Assembly: GCA_947623225.1 (NCBI GenBank)
Contig: CANQGO010000003.1
Span: 15,349-79,348, forward strand
Direction: 5' to 3'
Length of the DNA stretch: 64,000 nt
DNA from: an uncultured Clostridia bacterium
GTDB lineage: Bacteria; Bacillota; Clostridia; Christensenellales; CAG-314
The first letter of the stretch is position 1, and every line of letters begins with the position of its first letter. Shown in pieces: positions 34,013-43,147 of this stretch. Both the position numbers and the translations under genes were made by a program. The notes under the pieces are model-generated. The model was not told the origin of the DNA, made no database searches, and worked only from the letters and a program-made list of their open reading frames with translations.

Positions 34013-37000
34013 TTACTTGATGGTTGCCGTCACACTGTACGTCGGTTTTTGATCTTCTCCCGGCGTCATCGTCACGGTGACTGTGTACGTTTTGCCGCCG
34101 TGAGAGAACGTAAAGGTATTGCCTTCGCGGGAGACCTCGCTTCTTATCGTCTCGGTGAATAAGCCGTAACCTCCCCACGGCTCATAAGTGTAGACTCTGA
34201 ATTCCCGACCGAGATCCAGTATCTCTCCCGACTCGTTGACGAGGAATGAGAACGCGTAGTAGTTCTTGTCTCCATTCTCATACGCGGTATCTACCCATAC
34301 TATAGTCTGCACCGACTCTTTGACGGTGAAACTGCCCGTCTCTGTCCCGGGCGTATACGTCACTGTCCACTGCTTCACATCTATCGCTCTTAGCGTGACT
34401 ACGAATACATTGTCCTCGGAATGCTGCACCTTTTCGATGTCGTACGGTATGCTAATGTCGAAAATAGGAGGATCGCTATAGCCTTTGCCGCTCTGAGGAT
34501 CAAATTTCTCAAACTTGTACAGGTACTCCGCCTTGCCTTCGGACAGACCGAACGTGGCCCTGTATTCTCCGCTGACCAGCGTCTCGGTCTCGTGCGACTC
34601 ATGCTCCACATGTATATACGCCGGACTATCGCCTGAGGCAGGGTAATAGTGTACGGTGTATATATCCATCACGTTCTCTCCCTGCACATACACCAGCCAG
34701 TGGATATTCTCGGGATCGCTGCTGTCGCGGCCTGCGTCGGCGAACAGTTGCGTATACTTGTCGTCAGCCTTACTTTCCAGGCTGAGATTCTGGTAACCAT
34801 CCGAGAGAGGGAGTTCGAGGATGCCGCGATAGTTGCCGTCGTCGGACGCCACCACTATACCATATTCCTTCGATACGGCACTGCGTGCTGCAAGGTCTAT
34901 CGTCACGCGGTATACCTTATCTTCCTGTACATAAGTGACTGTGATGCTGTTTTCATCCGTCGAGTAACTCCTGACGGCGATACCGTTATAGGTTATATCT
35001 TCCAACGAATAATCATACTGCTTTCCAAGCGTCTCATCCGTATAGATATTCACCTGCACTCGGAAAGACAACGTCGCCTCTGTACCGCCTTGGGCGATCT
35101 TGAGTACGGTATCCTTGCCGCTCATGTAGTAAGTGTCTCCGTTGATACGTACCACCGTGTCGCCTGCAGACAGTCTGAAGTACTCCGTACCGTGGAATAT
35201 ATACACCGTTCCGTCCTTCTCGGGGATATACGTTCCGAATTCTTTGTCTTCGACAAAACCCATCACGGAACTCGAATAGTACGTCACACCATAGTTGCCT
35301 TGATCGTTCTCATCGGCAAGAATAAAGAATTCGTTCGAATTGAGGCTGACAAATACCGTATTCACCACGTCGCCGTTGGTCGTCTGCGCATCGACTATGA
35401 TAGTCTTGCGAATTTCTTCGTACCAGCCGGCTGTGGCGAGATACGCCTCGGTATCTTTGACATGGATACGTACGGGCAAGCCGTTCTCTATCCAGTTGTC
35501 CGTGTTCCAGCCCGGGAAGAAGGCGTTGCGATCCATCTGTATCGCGGATATGTCCGCTTCCGTCAGATCCAGCGTCATGAGTTCGCCGGAGTTGGAGTAG
35601 TTCTGCGTGAATGCGAATTCGCCAATATAGGTCACTTTGTTCAACTTGACCGTACCGTTTCTCAACTGGTTGCAACCATAGAAGGCATATGCACCTATAT
35701 AGGTCGCATTGGGCAGGTTGACATTGACGATGGCGGTATTATAGTTTGTGTTGCTGTCGAAGGTATCGCAGTAGAAAGCGTAGTCGCCCACATACTCTAT
35801 CTTCTCCGAATCGATGTCATTGAAGTAGAATCCCCATACGCCGTAGAAGGCATAGTCGCCTATCTTTTTGACGTTGTTGAAGTCAAGGACGAATTTCCTT
35901 TCTATATCGTGCTCGCCCTGCTTGCCGCCGCCGATCTTCTCCAATCCGGAGAACACTCCGTCGGCTATCTCGACTATGTCGTCGGAAAAACTGAGGTCCT
36001 CTATCACTCTCGGACCGTTGTAGCCGTACAATACGCCGCCGCGCACGATGAATTCTTCTTCGTTGGGCGTGTATTTGCCCTGCGATATGTCATAGAACCT
36101 GGTCTCGCCCGTCACGAAGTCGAATCGAACCAGTCCTTCTGTAGGATAGATATAGAAACCTATCTGCGAGATGCCATTTGCGTCTACGAATGTACCATTG
36201 ACCAGACCGTAACGTTCGTCTTCGTATATCTCGCCCAGTACCAATACCGACCAATCTTCTCCAACGTAGACCTGCTCGTCCTGCATGACGAAGTAGATAT
36301 AGTACACATAGACACCGTTGCTGTATGTGCCTCTCTTGAAACGGAAAGTCTCGCTGCCGTCTTCACTCGTGTACAGGAAGCAATCGCTATCGGACAGATA
36401 CATATACTTTCCGTGCGTTTGCGTGCCGTCGGTACTCGTAAGCGTGGCATTGCCGTGTCCGTCCAGATAGGCTGTGGCGCGAGTCATCCTGCCCTTGTCG
36501 TACAGATTGTACATTCCGTTGAATGTATCGCGCATGCTCAACGTACCGTCGGCAAGGATATCAAAGAGGTATTCGTCGGCGGACGCTTTGATTTGACCGC
36601 CCTCATTGACGTACTCCGCCATGAATACAAGTTGCGTGCCCTTGTCCCAGTCGTCGCGCCAATCGTAATCCGACGCATTGGAGGACTGATCCTGCACGAA
36701 GCCGATACCGAGTTTGCCATAGTACGTCTTGCCGGAGACGCGGTAGGTCACCGTATATCCGTCGCCTACGATCCTGCCGCCGCCCTGCACCTGATAGTCG
36801 CGGTTGGTCTGGTGGATCATCTCCTCTATGAACACTTTTTGCGAATGGAGTTCGTCATTGTCATCATAGTAGTCCACTACGCCCACAGCCACTTTTGTTG
36901 TGCCGGATGCTGTAGTGATCTGATATTCCACGAAGTGCGATCCGGTGAAGAAGTAGTCGAATTCTTTGCCCGTAGGCTCGCATGTGCCGTACTCTCCAGA

Positions 37001-40000
37001 GTCGTACACCGTGTGGTTCTCATCTCCGAAGAATACGATGAGTACACCGTATATGCCTCCGTCACGGAACATTCTCGCAGGACCCGCCTCGGGATCGTCC
37101 GTCACATCCGTCATGACTTCCTCTTCGTTGTCCGCTATATCGAGACGGAAGAACTTCTCCGTTTTGCCGTCGGCGGAAACGAATGCCAGGAAGAAGCCAT
37201 CACTGTCCAGATAGTCGTATTCGCCCCTGATTGCTTCACCGTCCTGCGGAGTATAGACGCCGTTACCGAATTCGTCGAGCACAAGAGTGCCGCCACCCGC
37301 TATATTGTAAGTGACTCTTTCTTCCGTAACGCGCGCGATGAGCGCAGACTCTCCGTTGTATTCTCCTTCGATGAATACGAACTCGGAGTAGAACTCAAGG
37401 TAAAATTCGTCCACCGTCGGATATCCGCCTTCCGGAGTCGTCAGCGTGAAGATCCGAGCATCGTCCGACGCTTCCACCTTACCGTGCAGCACCAGCGACT
37501 CTTCGCCGCTCATATCTTTCAGCGCGATATATGCATCGTCGCCGTTGATGAACATTCTGTCGAACTCGTCCTGTCCGTATACCTGCTTCATTATAAGCGG
37601 AAGCAGCTGGGCGTCGGGCAAAACGGTGTATGTCGTTTGCTCTCCGTCGCTATCCGCCCGTACGATCACGGTATGTTCGCCGAAGGTATATATATCCAGA
37701 TAAAACGGGTCGAATTCGCTCTCGATACGCGTGCTGGTCCATTGACCAAAGGAGTAGGTGTGTCCATCGTAAGTGAGCTCGCCCCACTGATCCAATTCGA
37801 ATCCGTTCTCTTCTATCTTCAGAGATACGGAACCCATGACGCCTGCGACGATCTTTTCCTTCTCTATTTTGAACTCAAAGAACGCGCTTTCGTCGTCATA
37901 ATACGCGCTTGTGAATCTGCCGAGAGTGCCGTCTCCGGGCTGCTCGAGATATCCCAAGTCCAGCAATTCGTAACCGGTAATATTACCTGCCTCGTCGGTG
38001 TAGTAACCGAGAATATATACTTCATCCGGCAAGTAATAGTATATGACAGCGTGATCGCAGGGACAACCCTGATACGTCTGCTTGGGCGAGGATGCCCACT
38101 CCTGCGTATAGGGAGGATTATCGATCTCGACGAAATAGGGCGGATACAAATAAGAATCCACTGTACGGAAATAGATGGAGGTTGGATGCGGCACATCCGG
38201 TGTAAATTTGATCCATTCGTCCGACCAATCATATGTGACACCTGATACCGCATTGTGCAAGTTTGCAAATGGCAAAGTCTGTATTTCGTATCTTCCGGAC
38301 TGGCTCTTACGATTTTGAACAACATATCCACCGTCTTCTTCTTCCGAAGGCTCGTAATCATACGTTGTATAGATACCTCTGCCGAAGCCGTCCAACTGCA
38401 GACCGTATTCTGTGACATATGCCATATCATCGTATTTCACATATCCGCCGTCGAAGCCGTCGCTGGTCAGGTATGTGCCCTTCATCTGTCTGCCGCCAAC
38501 GGTATCATGGACGGACTCGTCCGTGCGGAACAGCAGCATCTGCTCCGACTCGCTGTTCATCAGCATATATGTCGGCTCGGAGAATCCGTATGTATCCTCA
38601 TCGAGCAGGTAATAGTACGCGGGGACCGTCGCTCTCAGGCTATCGCCTTGCACGGTATAGAGCATAGCACCTGCTATACCCTCATCGTCCGTCATACCGT
38701 CCAGATACAGCACGTTGGTATAAGAGTCGCTCTTGTACACGTAGAATCCGCGCTCACTACCGCTTGCACGGTAAAACATCCATACGATATCTTCACCGTT
38801 ACGGCGATAGCCCACGTCGAACCCGAATGTGATCCTGTTGTCATCGGATACGAATATATAGTCACCCGTCAGGACGTCGCGGGTATAAGTACCGCGAGCG
38901 GTCACGGCGGTGCCGCCGTTGGCAGGCGTATATGTGTATGTGATGGTATTCGCCTCGCCGAATGTCAATTCGTCTACAGCCTCGCCTTCAGCAGCGGTGC
39001 TGAGACCGTCTATGAAGGTCTGACCGTTGAACTTCTCGAAATAGTAGAACAGATCGTCCTCTATTCTTCCTTCCAGCATGGTTTTGTCGTTTTCTTCAAA
39101 GAGGAAGTTGCCTGTCACCTTGTTGTAGGAGCCTTGCTTGTCCTCCATTCCCAGTCGGCGCAGGTACACCACTCCGTCGTGCACCGTGGAGACGAACAGT
39201 CTGTCATCTCCGCCGAATGCGTCCGTCAAGGTGCTCTGCCAACGTGCATATAAGGTGATATTGTATCCGCTCATGGTAGCGGTATCATACAGATCGCCGG
39301 CTTCATACTCTACATTGCCTTCGGGAGTGGTCGCCCAGCCCTCGAAGTGCAGGTCTGCCGAGAGTCCGAAATCCGCACCATCCGCAAGCACCACCTGTTC
39401 ACCGCGCAGGGCGTCCTTGCTAGGAATAGTCGCCGTCGAGTCGACGCGATTGACTCTGTAATTGATACGCACCTTCTCCGCGGCGGAAGCAGATATACGG
39501 ATATACACCGTAAACACTTCGCCCTTGTCCAATGCGTCGGTAGATATACGGCTCTTGGTCGTATCGGCAGTGCCTTTGGCTGTGTACGCGGATATATCCA
39601 GCGTATACGCCGCACCAAGGCGAGCGGTACCCGTCGTAGTAAGAGAAGGCGTACTGCTATACCTGCCGGACGCGTCGGAGTAATATACCCGCACGGTGAA
39701 TGTCGCGTCATATTTTGCCGTGAGCGTCAAGCCTTCCTTTGGCATCACGTCGCTGTCGGATATCTGCTTGTCACCCAGATACCAACCGACAAATGTCACG
39801 CCCTCTTCCGTCACGGGACGGATATCCCTCAATGCATCTGTAAGTTTTGCACCTACTTCCACACTCAGAGAGGTCTCTTCCAACGTGCCGCCATTGCCCA
39901 CGTCAAGAGTCAACGTAGCGGTTTTGTCTTTGCATGCGACAAGCAATACGGCACTCGTCACAAGGCATACAGCCAAAACCAGTATCAGTATGCGTTGAAA

Positions 40001-40009
40001 CTTTTTCAT
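34013..40009 (-). CDS. Giant surface lipoprotein (1998 aa): two Flg_new modules, multiple LxLDGxGxG...GxY modules, short BspA-type LRR block
   Basis: Signal with lipobox MKKFQRILILVLAVCLVTSAVLLVAC. Flg_new patterns are present (VTFVGWYLGD...LTLTAKY; HFEGWATTPEGN...ITLYARW). The body is rich in Tyr, Gly, Asp and Thr, with recurring motifs LQLDGFGRGIYT, LVLDEFGNGVYT and AYLDGHGNATLT. There is no LPXTG and no C-terminal TM helix. Confidence 0.85.
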   Translation of the reverse strand: MKKFQRILILVLAVCLVTSAVLLVACKDKTATLTLDVGNGGTLEETSLSVEVGAKLTDALRDIRPVTEEGVTFVGWYLGDKQISDSDVMPKEGLTLTAKYDATFTVRVYYSDASGRYSSTPSLTTTGTARLGAAYTLDISAYTAKGTADTTKSRISTDALDKGEVFTVYIRISASAAEKVRINYRVNRVDSTATIPSKDALRGEQVVLADGADFGLSADLHFEGWATTPEGNVEYEAGDLYDTATMSGYNITLYARWQSTLTDAFGGDDRLFVSTVHDGVVYLRRLGMEDKQGSYNKVTGNFLFEENDKTMLEGRIEDDLFYYFEKFNGQTFIDGLSTAAEGEAVDELTFGEANTITYTYTPANGGTAVTARGTYTRDVLTGDYIFVSDDNRITFGFDVGYRRNGEDIVWMFYRASGSERGFYVYKSDSYTNVLYLDGMTDDEGIAGAMLYTVQGDSLRATVPAYYYLLDEDTYGFSEPTYMLMNSESEQMLLFRTDESVHDTVGGRQMKGTYLTSDGFDGGYVKYDDMAYVTEYGLQLDGFGRGIYTTYDYEPSEEEDGGYVVQNRKSQSGRYEIQTLPFANLHNAVSGVTYDWSDEWIKFTPDVPHPTSIYFRTVDSYLYPPYFVEIDNPPYTQEWASSPKQTYQGCPCDHAVIYYYLPDEVYILGYYTDEAGNITGYELLDLGYLEQPGDGTLGRFTSAYYDDESAFFEFKIEKEKIVAGVMGSVSLKIEENGFELDQWGELTYDGHTYSFGQWTSTRIESEFDPFYLDIYTFGEHTVIVRADSDGEQTTYTVLPDAQLLPLIMKQVYGQDEFDRMFINGDDAYIALKDMSGEESLVLHGKVEASDDARIFTLTTPEGGYPTVDEFYLEFYSEFVFIEGEYNGESALIARVTEERVTYNIAGGGTLVLDEFGNGVYTPQDGEAIRGEYDYLDSDGFFLAFVSADGKTEKFFRLDIADNEEEVMTDVTDDPEAGPARMFRDGGIYGVLIVFFGDENHTVYDSGEYGTCEPTGKEFDYFFTGSHFVEYQITTASGTTKVAVGVVDYYDDNDELHSQKVFIEEMIHQTNRDYQVQGGGRIVGDGYTVTYRVSGKTYYGKLGIGFVQDQSSNASDYDWRDDWDKGTQLVFMAEYVNEGGQIKASADEYLFDILADGTLSMRDTFNGMYNLYDKGRMTRATAYLDGHGNATLTSTDGTQTHGKYMYLSDSDCFLYTSEDGSETFRFKRGTYSNGVYVYYIYFVMQDEQVYVGEDWSVLVLGEIYEDERYGLVNGTFVDANGISQIGFYIYPTEGLVRFDFVTGETRFYDISQGKYTPNEEEFIVRGGVLYGYNGPRVIEDLSFSDDIVEIADGVFSGLEKIGGGKQGEHDIERKFVLDFNNVKKIGDYAFYGVWGFYFNDIDSEKIEYVGDYAFYCDTFDSNTNYNTAIVNVNLPNATYIGAYAFYGCNQLRNGTVKLNKVTYIGEFAFTQNYSNSGELMTLDLTEADISAIQMDRNAFFPGWNTDNWIENGLPVRIHVKDTEAYLATAGWYEEIRKTIIVDAQTTNGDVVNTVFVSLNSNEFFILADENDQGNYGVTYYSSSVMGFVEDKEFGTYIPEKDGTVYIFHGTEYFRLSAGDTVVRINGDTYYMSGKDTVLKIAQGGTEATLSFRVQVNIYTDETLGKQYDYSLEDITYNGIAVRSYSTDENSITVTYVQEDKVYRVTIDLAARSAVSKEYGIVVASDDGNYRGILELPLSDGYQNLSLESKADDKYTQLFADAGRDSSDPENIHWLVYVQGENVMDIYTVHYYPASGDSPAYIHVEHESHETETLVSGEYRATFGLSEGKAEYLYKFEKFDPQSGKGYSDPPIFDISIPYDIEKVQHSEDNVFVVTLRAIDVKQWTVTYTPGTETGSFTVKESVQTIVWVDTAYENGDKNYYAFSFLVNESGEILDLGREFRVYTYEPWGGYGLFTETIRSEVSREGNTFTFSHGGKTYTVTVTMTPGEDQKPTYSVTATIK
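35404..36052 (-). repeat. Short BspA-type LRR block within the 1998-aa protein
   Basis: Units include KKIGDYAFYGVWGF, IEYVGDYAFYCDTF, ATYIGAYAFYGCNQLRNGTVKL and VTYIGEFAFTQN. The block ends with a FFPGWNTDNWIENGLPVRIHV cap. Confidence 0.65.
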
Positions 40010-40100
40010 ACAAAACTCCTTTTTTCATAACTCGCCTCGGCTATGGTTTCGGTCGTTTCTACCGAAGCGTATAATCGGACATTATAAATTTCTTCTATAA

Positions 40101-40129
40101 ATTTTATTAAAATTTGCTATATTTGTCAA
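40101..40129 (-). promoter_or_regulatory. Sigma-A promoter for the 1998-aa gene
   Basis: Minus strand reads TTGACA (40129-40124), 17 nt, TAAAAT (40106-40101). Confidence 0.55.
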
Positions 40130-40203
40130 CTGTATTCGCCTGCTAAGGCGTATCGCTCGGTGCAAATGATAAAAATAACGATAATTTTATCAAAAAAAGC
40201 ATA

Positions 40204-40231
40204 TAAAAATCGCTCCTTTACTCAAGGAGCG
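40204..40231 (-). terminator. Rho-independent terminator after the P-II-like genes
   Basis: Minus strand reads CGCTCCTT GAGTA AAGGAGCG followed by ATTTTTAT. Confidence 0.7.
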
Positions 40232-40237
40232 AACTAC

Positions 40238-40621
40238 TTATTCTGTCTTATCCGGCTCGGTCAACGGCGTATCGGCAGAGGGTACTTCCGACGGCGTGGC
40301 AGACTGTTCTACGGGAGTCAATCCCACCACCTGCCCTACAGGCAAGGTAAATGCAATACCCTGCCCCGCCGTATTCAGTCCGACGTCACGATACAGGTTT
40401 TGCAAGACAGATTCCTTGATGGACTCATCCACCAGGATCATGACCAGTTCTTTGTTGGGGACTACGGTTATACCGTAGGCTCTCTCCGCCTGCGGATTGG
40501 CAGTGCCCGTTGCATTCAGTACGGTGCCGCCGCGTGCGCCTGCCGCGCGAGCCGAATCCATGACCGCCTCCGAGTAGCCGCCATTGACTATACACATTAC
40601 CACTTCATACTTGTTTGACAT
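40238..40621 (-). CDS. P-II-like signalling protein (127 aa)
   Basis: A beta-alpha-beta-beta-alpha-beta pattern with a T-loop-like segment: YEVVMCIVNGGYSEAVMDSARAAGARGGTVLNATGTANPQAERAYGITVVPNKELVMILV. It also has a C-terminal Pro/Glu/Thr tail. Confidence 0.75.
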   Translation of the reverse strand: MSNKYEVVMCIVNGGYSEAVMDSARAAGARGGTVLNATGTANPQAERAYGITVVPNKELVMILVDESIKESVLQNLYRDVGLNTAGQGIAFTLPVGQVVGLTPVEQSATPSEVPSADTPLTEPDKTE

Positions 40622-40628
40622 ACCACAC

Positions 40629-41045
40629 CTACTGTTTGTTACTCAAAAATTTATAAGCGGACACTCCCACCATACTGCTGAAAGGCACAGTATATGCTAT
40701 CCCCTTGCCTCCGCGCAGGGTACCGAACTTATCCTCCAGCGTAGCAAGAGCGTTGGCGGCATTGTCCTCGCGTATTATGCTGAACAGCACCTGCTTTTCT
40801 CTGTCCGTGTCGAAAAATCCGAATGTCTTCACCGCCGTGCCGAACGCAGCCACTTCCAATTGCATATTCACCTCGAAGTTCTGCAGCAGATCCAGGTAGA
40901 ACTCCGCCTTGTTACGCGGCACTACCGTCACGAGCAGCATGAGCTTGTACGGCGCGAGAGCCTTCTTCTGCGAAGGCTTGGCTGTGTTTCTTTTTGTTTT
41001 GGGCGCAGATCTCGTTGTCGCGCGTTTTGTATTTTCCGTTGTCAT
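40629..41045 (-). CDS. P-II-like protein (138 aa) with a basic N-terminal extension
   Basis: The track ORF extends to 41240 and would overlap the upstream gene. I start at ATG 41045 (MTTENTKRATTRSAPKTKRNTAKPSQKK...), 2 nt after the DUF1538 stop. The core, YKLMLLVTVVPRNKAEFYLDLL...VLFSIIRED...GKGIAYTVPF, is P-II/ferredoxin-like. Confidence 0.7.
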   Translation of the reverse strand: MTTENTKRATTRSAPKTKRNTAKPSQKKALAPYKLMLLVTVVPRNKAEFYLDLLQNFEVNMQLEVAAFGTAVKTFGFFDTDREKQVLFSIIREDNAANALATLEDKFGTLRGGKGIAYTVPFSSMVGVSAYKFLSNKQ

Positions 41046-41047
41046 AG

Positions 41048-42574
41048 TTACATGAAATTGATGATCTGACCGTCGTCTGCCGAGACTATACGGCGTTGGG
41101 CGATCTTGTTGCGGACGTTTCGCGCGACTATCGCGCGGAAACCCAATATCTGTATGGTGATGAGCGGCGTCATAGCCACCATAGCCACTATGCCGAAGGC
41201 GTCGGTGAGTATCTTGCCTTCGCCCTGACATGTGAGGCAAGCACCTATGGCAAAGGGCAGAATGAAGGTGGAGGTCAGCGGTCCTGACGCCACTCCGCCG
41301 GAGTCAAATGCGATAGCCGTGTATATAGAGGGCACGAAAAAACTGAGCCCCAGCGATATGATATACCCGGGTATCAGATAGTACAGTATAGAGAAGTCCA
41401 GCCATATCCGCAGCATAGACAGCCCTATGGACAAGCCCACGCCTATGGACATCGCTATCATCATGGATCTCTTGGTGATGGCACGGTTGGTGACCTCCTC
41501 CACCTGCTTGTTCAGCACGTGCACGGCAGGCTCGGCGAGCACCACCAGCATACCGAGCAGAAATCCTATAAGAACCAATGCCCACGGTTGTGCGGCGATT
41601 TGACTGCCCAACTTAAAACCTATGGGCAAAAATCCTACCGACACTGCGGTGAGGAATACGACCAACCCCACAAACGTATACGCTATACCTACCGCTATAT
41701 GCTTGATACGCTGCACGGGCAATCGGAGATAGACGAGTTGCAGTACGGTAAACGCAACGCATATCAGCAGCAGAGCCAGTCCCACTTCCTTGACAACTTG
41801 CCACATTTCCCGGAAAAATCCCTCTATCACATTGTCAGGCAGACGGTATGCGGCAGGGTTGAATCCGCTGTCCGCGCTTCCTCCGCCCATACCGAGCAGC
41901 ATGACCACGAGTATGGGGCCTATAGAGCATAGTGCCAACAGTCCGAAGGAATTTTCTCCCGAATGGCGTCCGCCTATCACCGCCGCGATGCCTACGCCTA
42001 TGGCAATGATGAAGGGCGCGGTGATGGGCCCCGTCGTGACGCCGCCGCTATCGAAACTCAACGCCACGAAGTCCTCTCCACCCGTCGACACCATCAACGC
42101 GACAAGCGCGAACATGACCATATAGAAAAATACCAGCATTGCGGAGACGGACTTTTTGAACAATATCTTCAGCACGCCGAGCAACAGGAATATTCCTACG
42201 CCCAACCCCACGCACACTATCAGCAATGTCGGGTCCACCCTCTGAGATATCTGATTCGCCAATACGGACAGATCCGGCTCGGCTACGGTGATAAGCACTC
42301 CCATCGTAAAACTCACTATAAGTAATACGGGCAGTTTGCCGGAACGTGTGAGTCCGCCGCCTATGTATTCCCCCATGGGAGACATGGCAAGGTCCGCGCC
42401 TACATTGAACAAGCCTATCCCCAATATCAGCAACAACGCCGATACGACGAATATAACTATCTCCTTCGCGGACAGATCCACCAACGGAGTGGCGCACAAA
42501 ATCAGTACTATTCCCACCACGGGCAGTACCGATACCAACGCCTCTTTGATTTTGCTCCACAGGATCCTAAACAA
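41048..42574 (-). CDS. DUF1538-family polytopic membrane protein (fused double-length form, ~509 aa)
   Basis: A strongly hydrophobic two-lobed protein (LPVVGIVLILCATPL..., GVGIFLLLGVLKILF..., GGVTTGPITAPFIIAIGVGIA and later GGVASGPLTSTFILPFAIG). I start at TTG 42574 (GGAGAG 6 nt upstream). The 55 residues upstream in the track ORF are rich in Arg, Trp, Tyr and Cys and have no SD. Confidence 0.75.
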   Translation of the reverse strand: MFRILWSKIKEALVSVLPVVGIVLILCATPLVDLSAKEIVIFVVSALLLILGIGLFNVGADLAMSPMGEYIGGGLTRSGKLPVLLIVSFTMGVLITVAEPDLSVLANQISQRVDPTLLIVCVGLGVGIFLLLGVLKILFKKSVSAMLVFFYMVMFALVALMVSTGGEDFVALSFDSGGVTTGPITAPFIIAIGVGIAAVIGGRHSGENSFGLLALCSIGPILVVMLLGMGGGSADSGFNPAAYRLPDNVIEGFFREMWQVVKEVGLALLLICVAFTVLQLVYLRLPVQRIKHIAVGIAYTFVGLVVFLTAVSVGFLPIGFKLGSQIAAQPWALVLIGFLLGMLVVLAEPAVHVLNKQVEEVTNRAITKRSMMIAMSIGVGLSIGLSMLRIWLDFSILYYLIPGYIISLGLSFFVPSIYTAIAFDSGGVASGPLTSTFILPFAIGACLTCQGEGKILTDAFGIVAMVAMTPLITIQILGFRAIVARNVRNKIAQRRIVSADDGQIINFM

Positions 42575-42798
42575 TGCGCACTCTCCATATTCAACGTATT
42601 TCCATCTTACCAAATAATGCGACTTTTTGCAACCCGTATGCGATATTTTGCGTAAATATCGCTCCCGATTATATTCACCGACAGACCTATACGAGCACAA
42701 GCCTGACCAATATCTAAAAAAAAGCCGCAACGATATCATTGCAGCACGTCTCAGTCCCCAAATGTGCGCGCATAACGTCGACGCAATATAACATTACA

Positions 42799-42841
42799 AG
42801 AAGTTTTCTTCTATATCAAGATTTTTCAGAAGATTTCTTCT
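42799..42841 (+). promoter_or_regulatory. Two 14-bp palindromes AGAAGTTTTCTTCT / AGAAGATTTCTTCT upstream of the XRE gene (candidate operators)
   Basis: The palindromes are at 42799-42812 and 42828-42841, 29 bp centre to centre. The second ends 11 nt before the ATG at 42853. Confidence 0.5.
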
Positions 42842-42852
42842 AATATTTAACC

Positions 42853-43053
42853 ATGAGTATAGGACAGAAGATAAAAGAGTTGCGTATAGAGCGTTGCATA
42901 TCGCAGTTGACATTGGCAAAAGCCATAGGCGTCAGCCAAAAGGCTATAAACTACTGGGAGCGAGGGGTGAATGAGCCGAAAGTCGGTTACATAGTCGCCA
43001 TGGTCCGCTTTTTCGATATATCATTTGACGAATTTTTTTCCGACATTGTATGA
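42853..43053 (+). CDS. XRE-family helix-turn-helix transcriptional regulator (66 aa)
   Basis: The sequence IKELRIERCISQLTLAKAIGVSQKAINYWERGVNEPKVGYIVAMVRFFDISFDEFF is a textbook Cro/CI-type HTH_3 domain. Confidence 0.85.
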   Translation: MSIGQKIKELRIERCISQLTLAKAIGVSQKAINYWERGVNEPKVGYIVAMVRFFDISFDEFFSDIV

Positions 43054-43093
43054 CGGCTGTCTGCCGTATACCTGTGTCGCATATGCATACAAC

Positions 43094-43127
43094 AAAAAAA
43101 TCTCGGACGGTTTCGTCCGAGATTTTT
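43094..43127. terminator. Bidirectional rho-independent terminator between the XRE gene and tuf
   Basis: AAAAAAA TCTCGGACG GTTT CGTCCGAGA TTTTT: a 9-bp stem flanked by an A-run and a T-run, so it can serve both convergent genes. Confidence 0.8.
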
Positions 43128-43147
43128 GATTTGTTGGGATGGCGCGA

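Noticed and set aside
33852-34178. A 108-aa minus-strand ORF bridging the 3' end of the 1998-aa gene and the intergenic region.
   Set aside because: It overlaps the giant gene out of frame and runs through the terminator hairpin. It has no SD, and its Arg/His-rich translation is typical of an off-frame read.
34649-38245. A 1198-aa plus-strand ORF opposite the 1998-aa lipoprotein gene. Similar long antisense ORFs are at 10679-13072, 51321-54026, 55313-57829, 58160-59638, 29683-31665 and 31882-33228.
   Set aside because: All are antisense to genes with clear homology or domain content. They lack SD-linked starts and have shadow-ORF composition. I see no independent evidence that they code.
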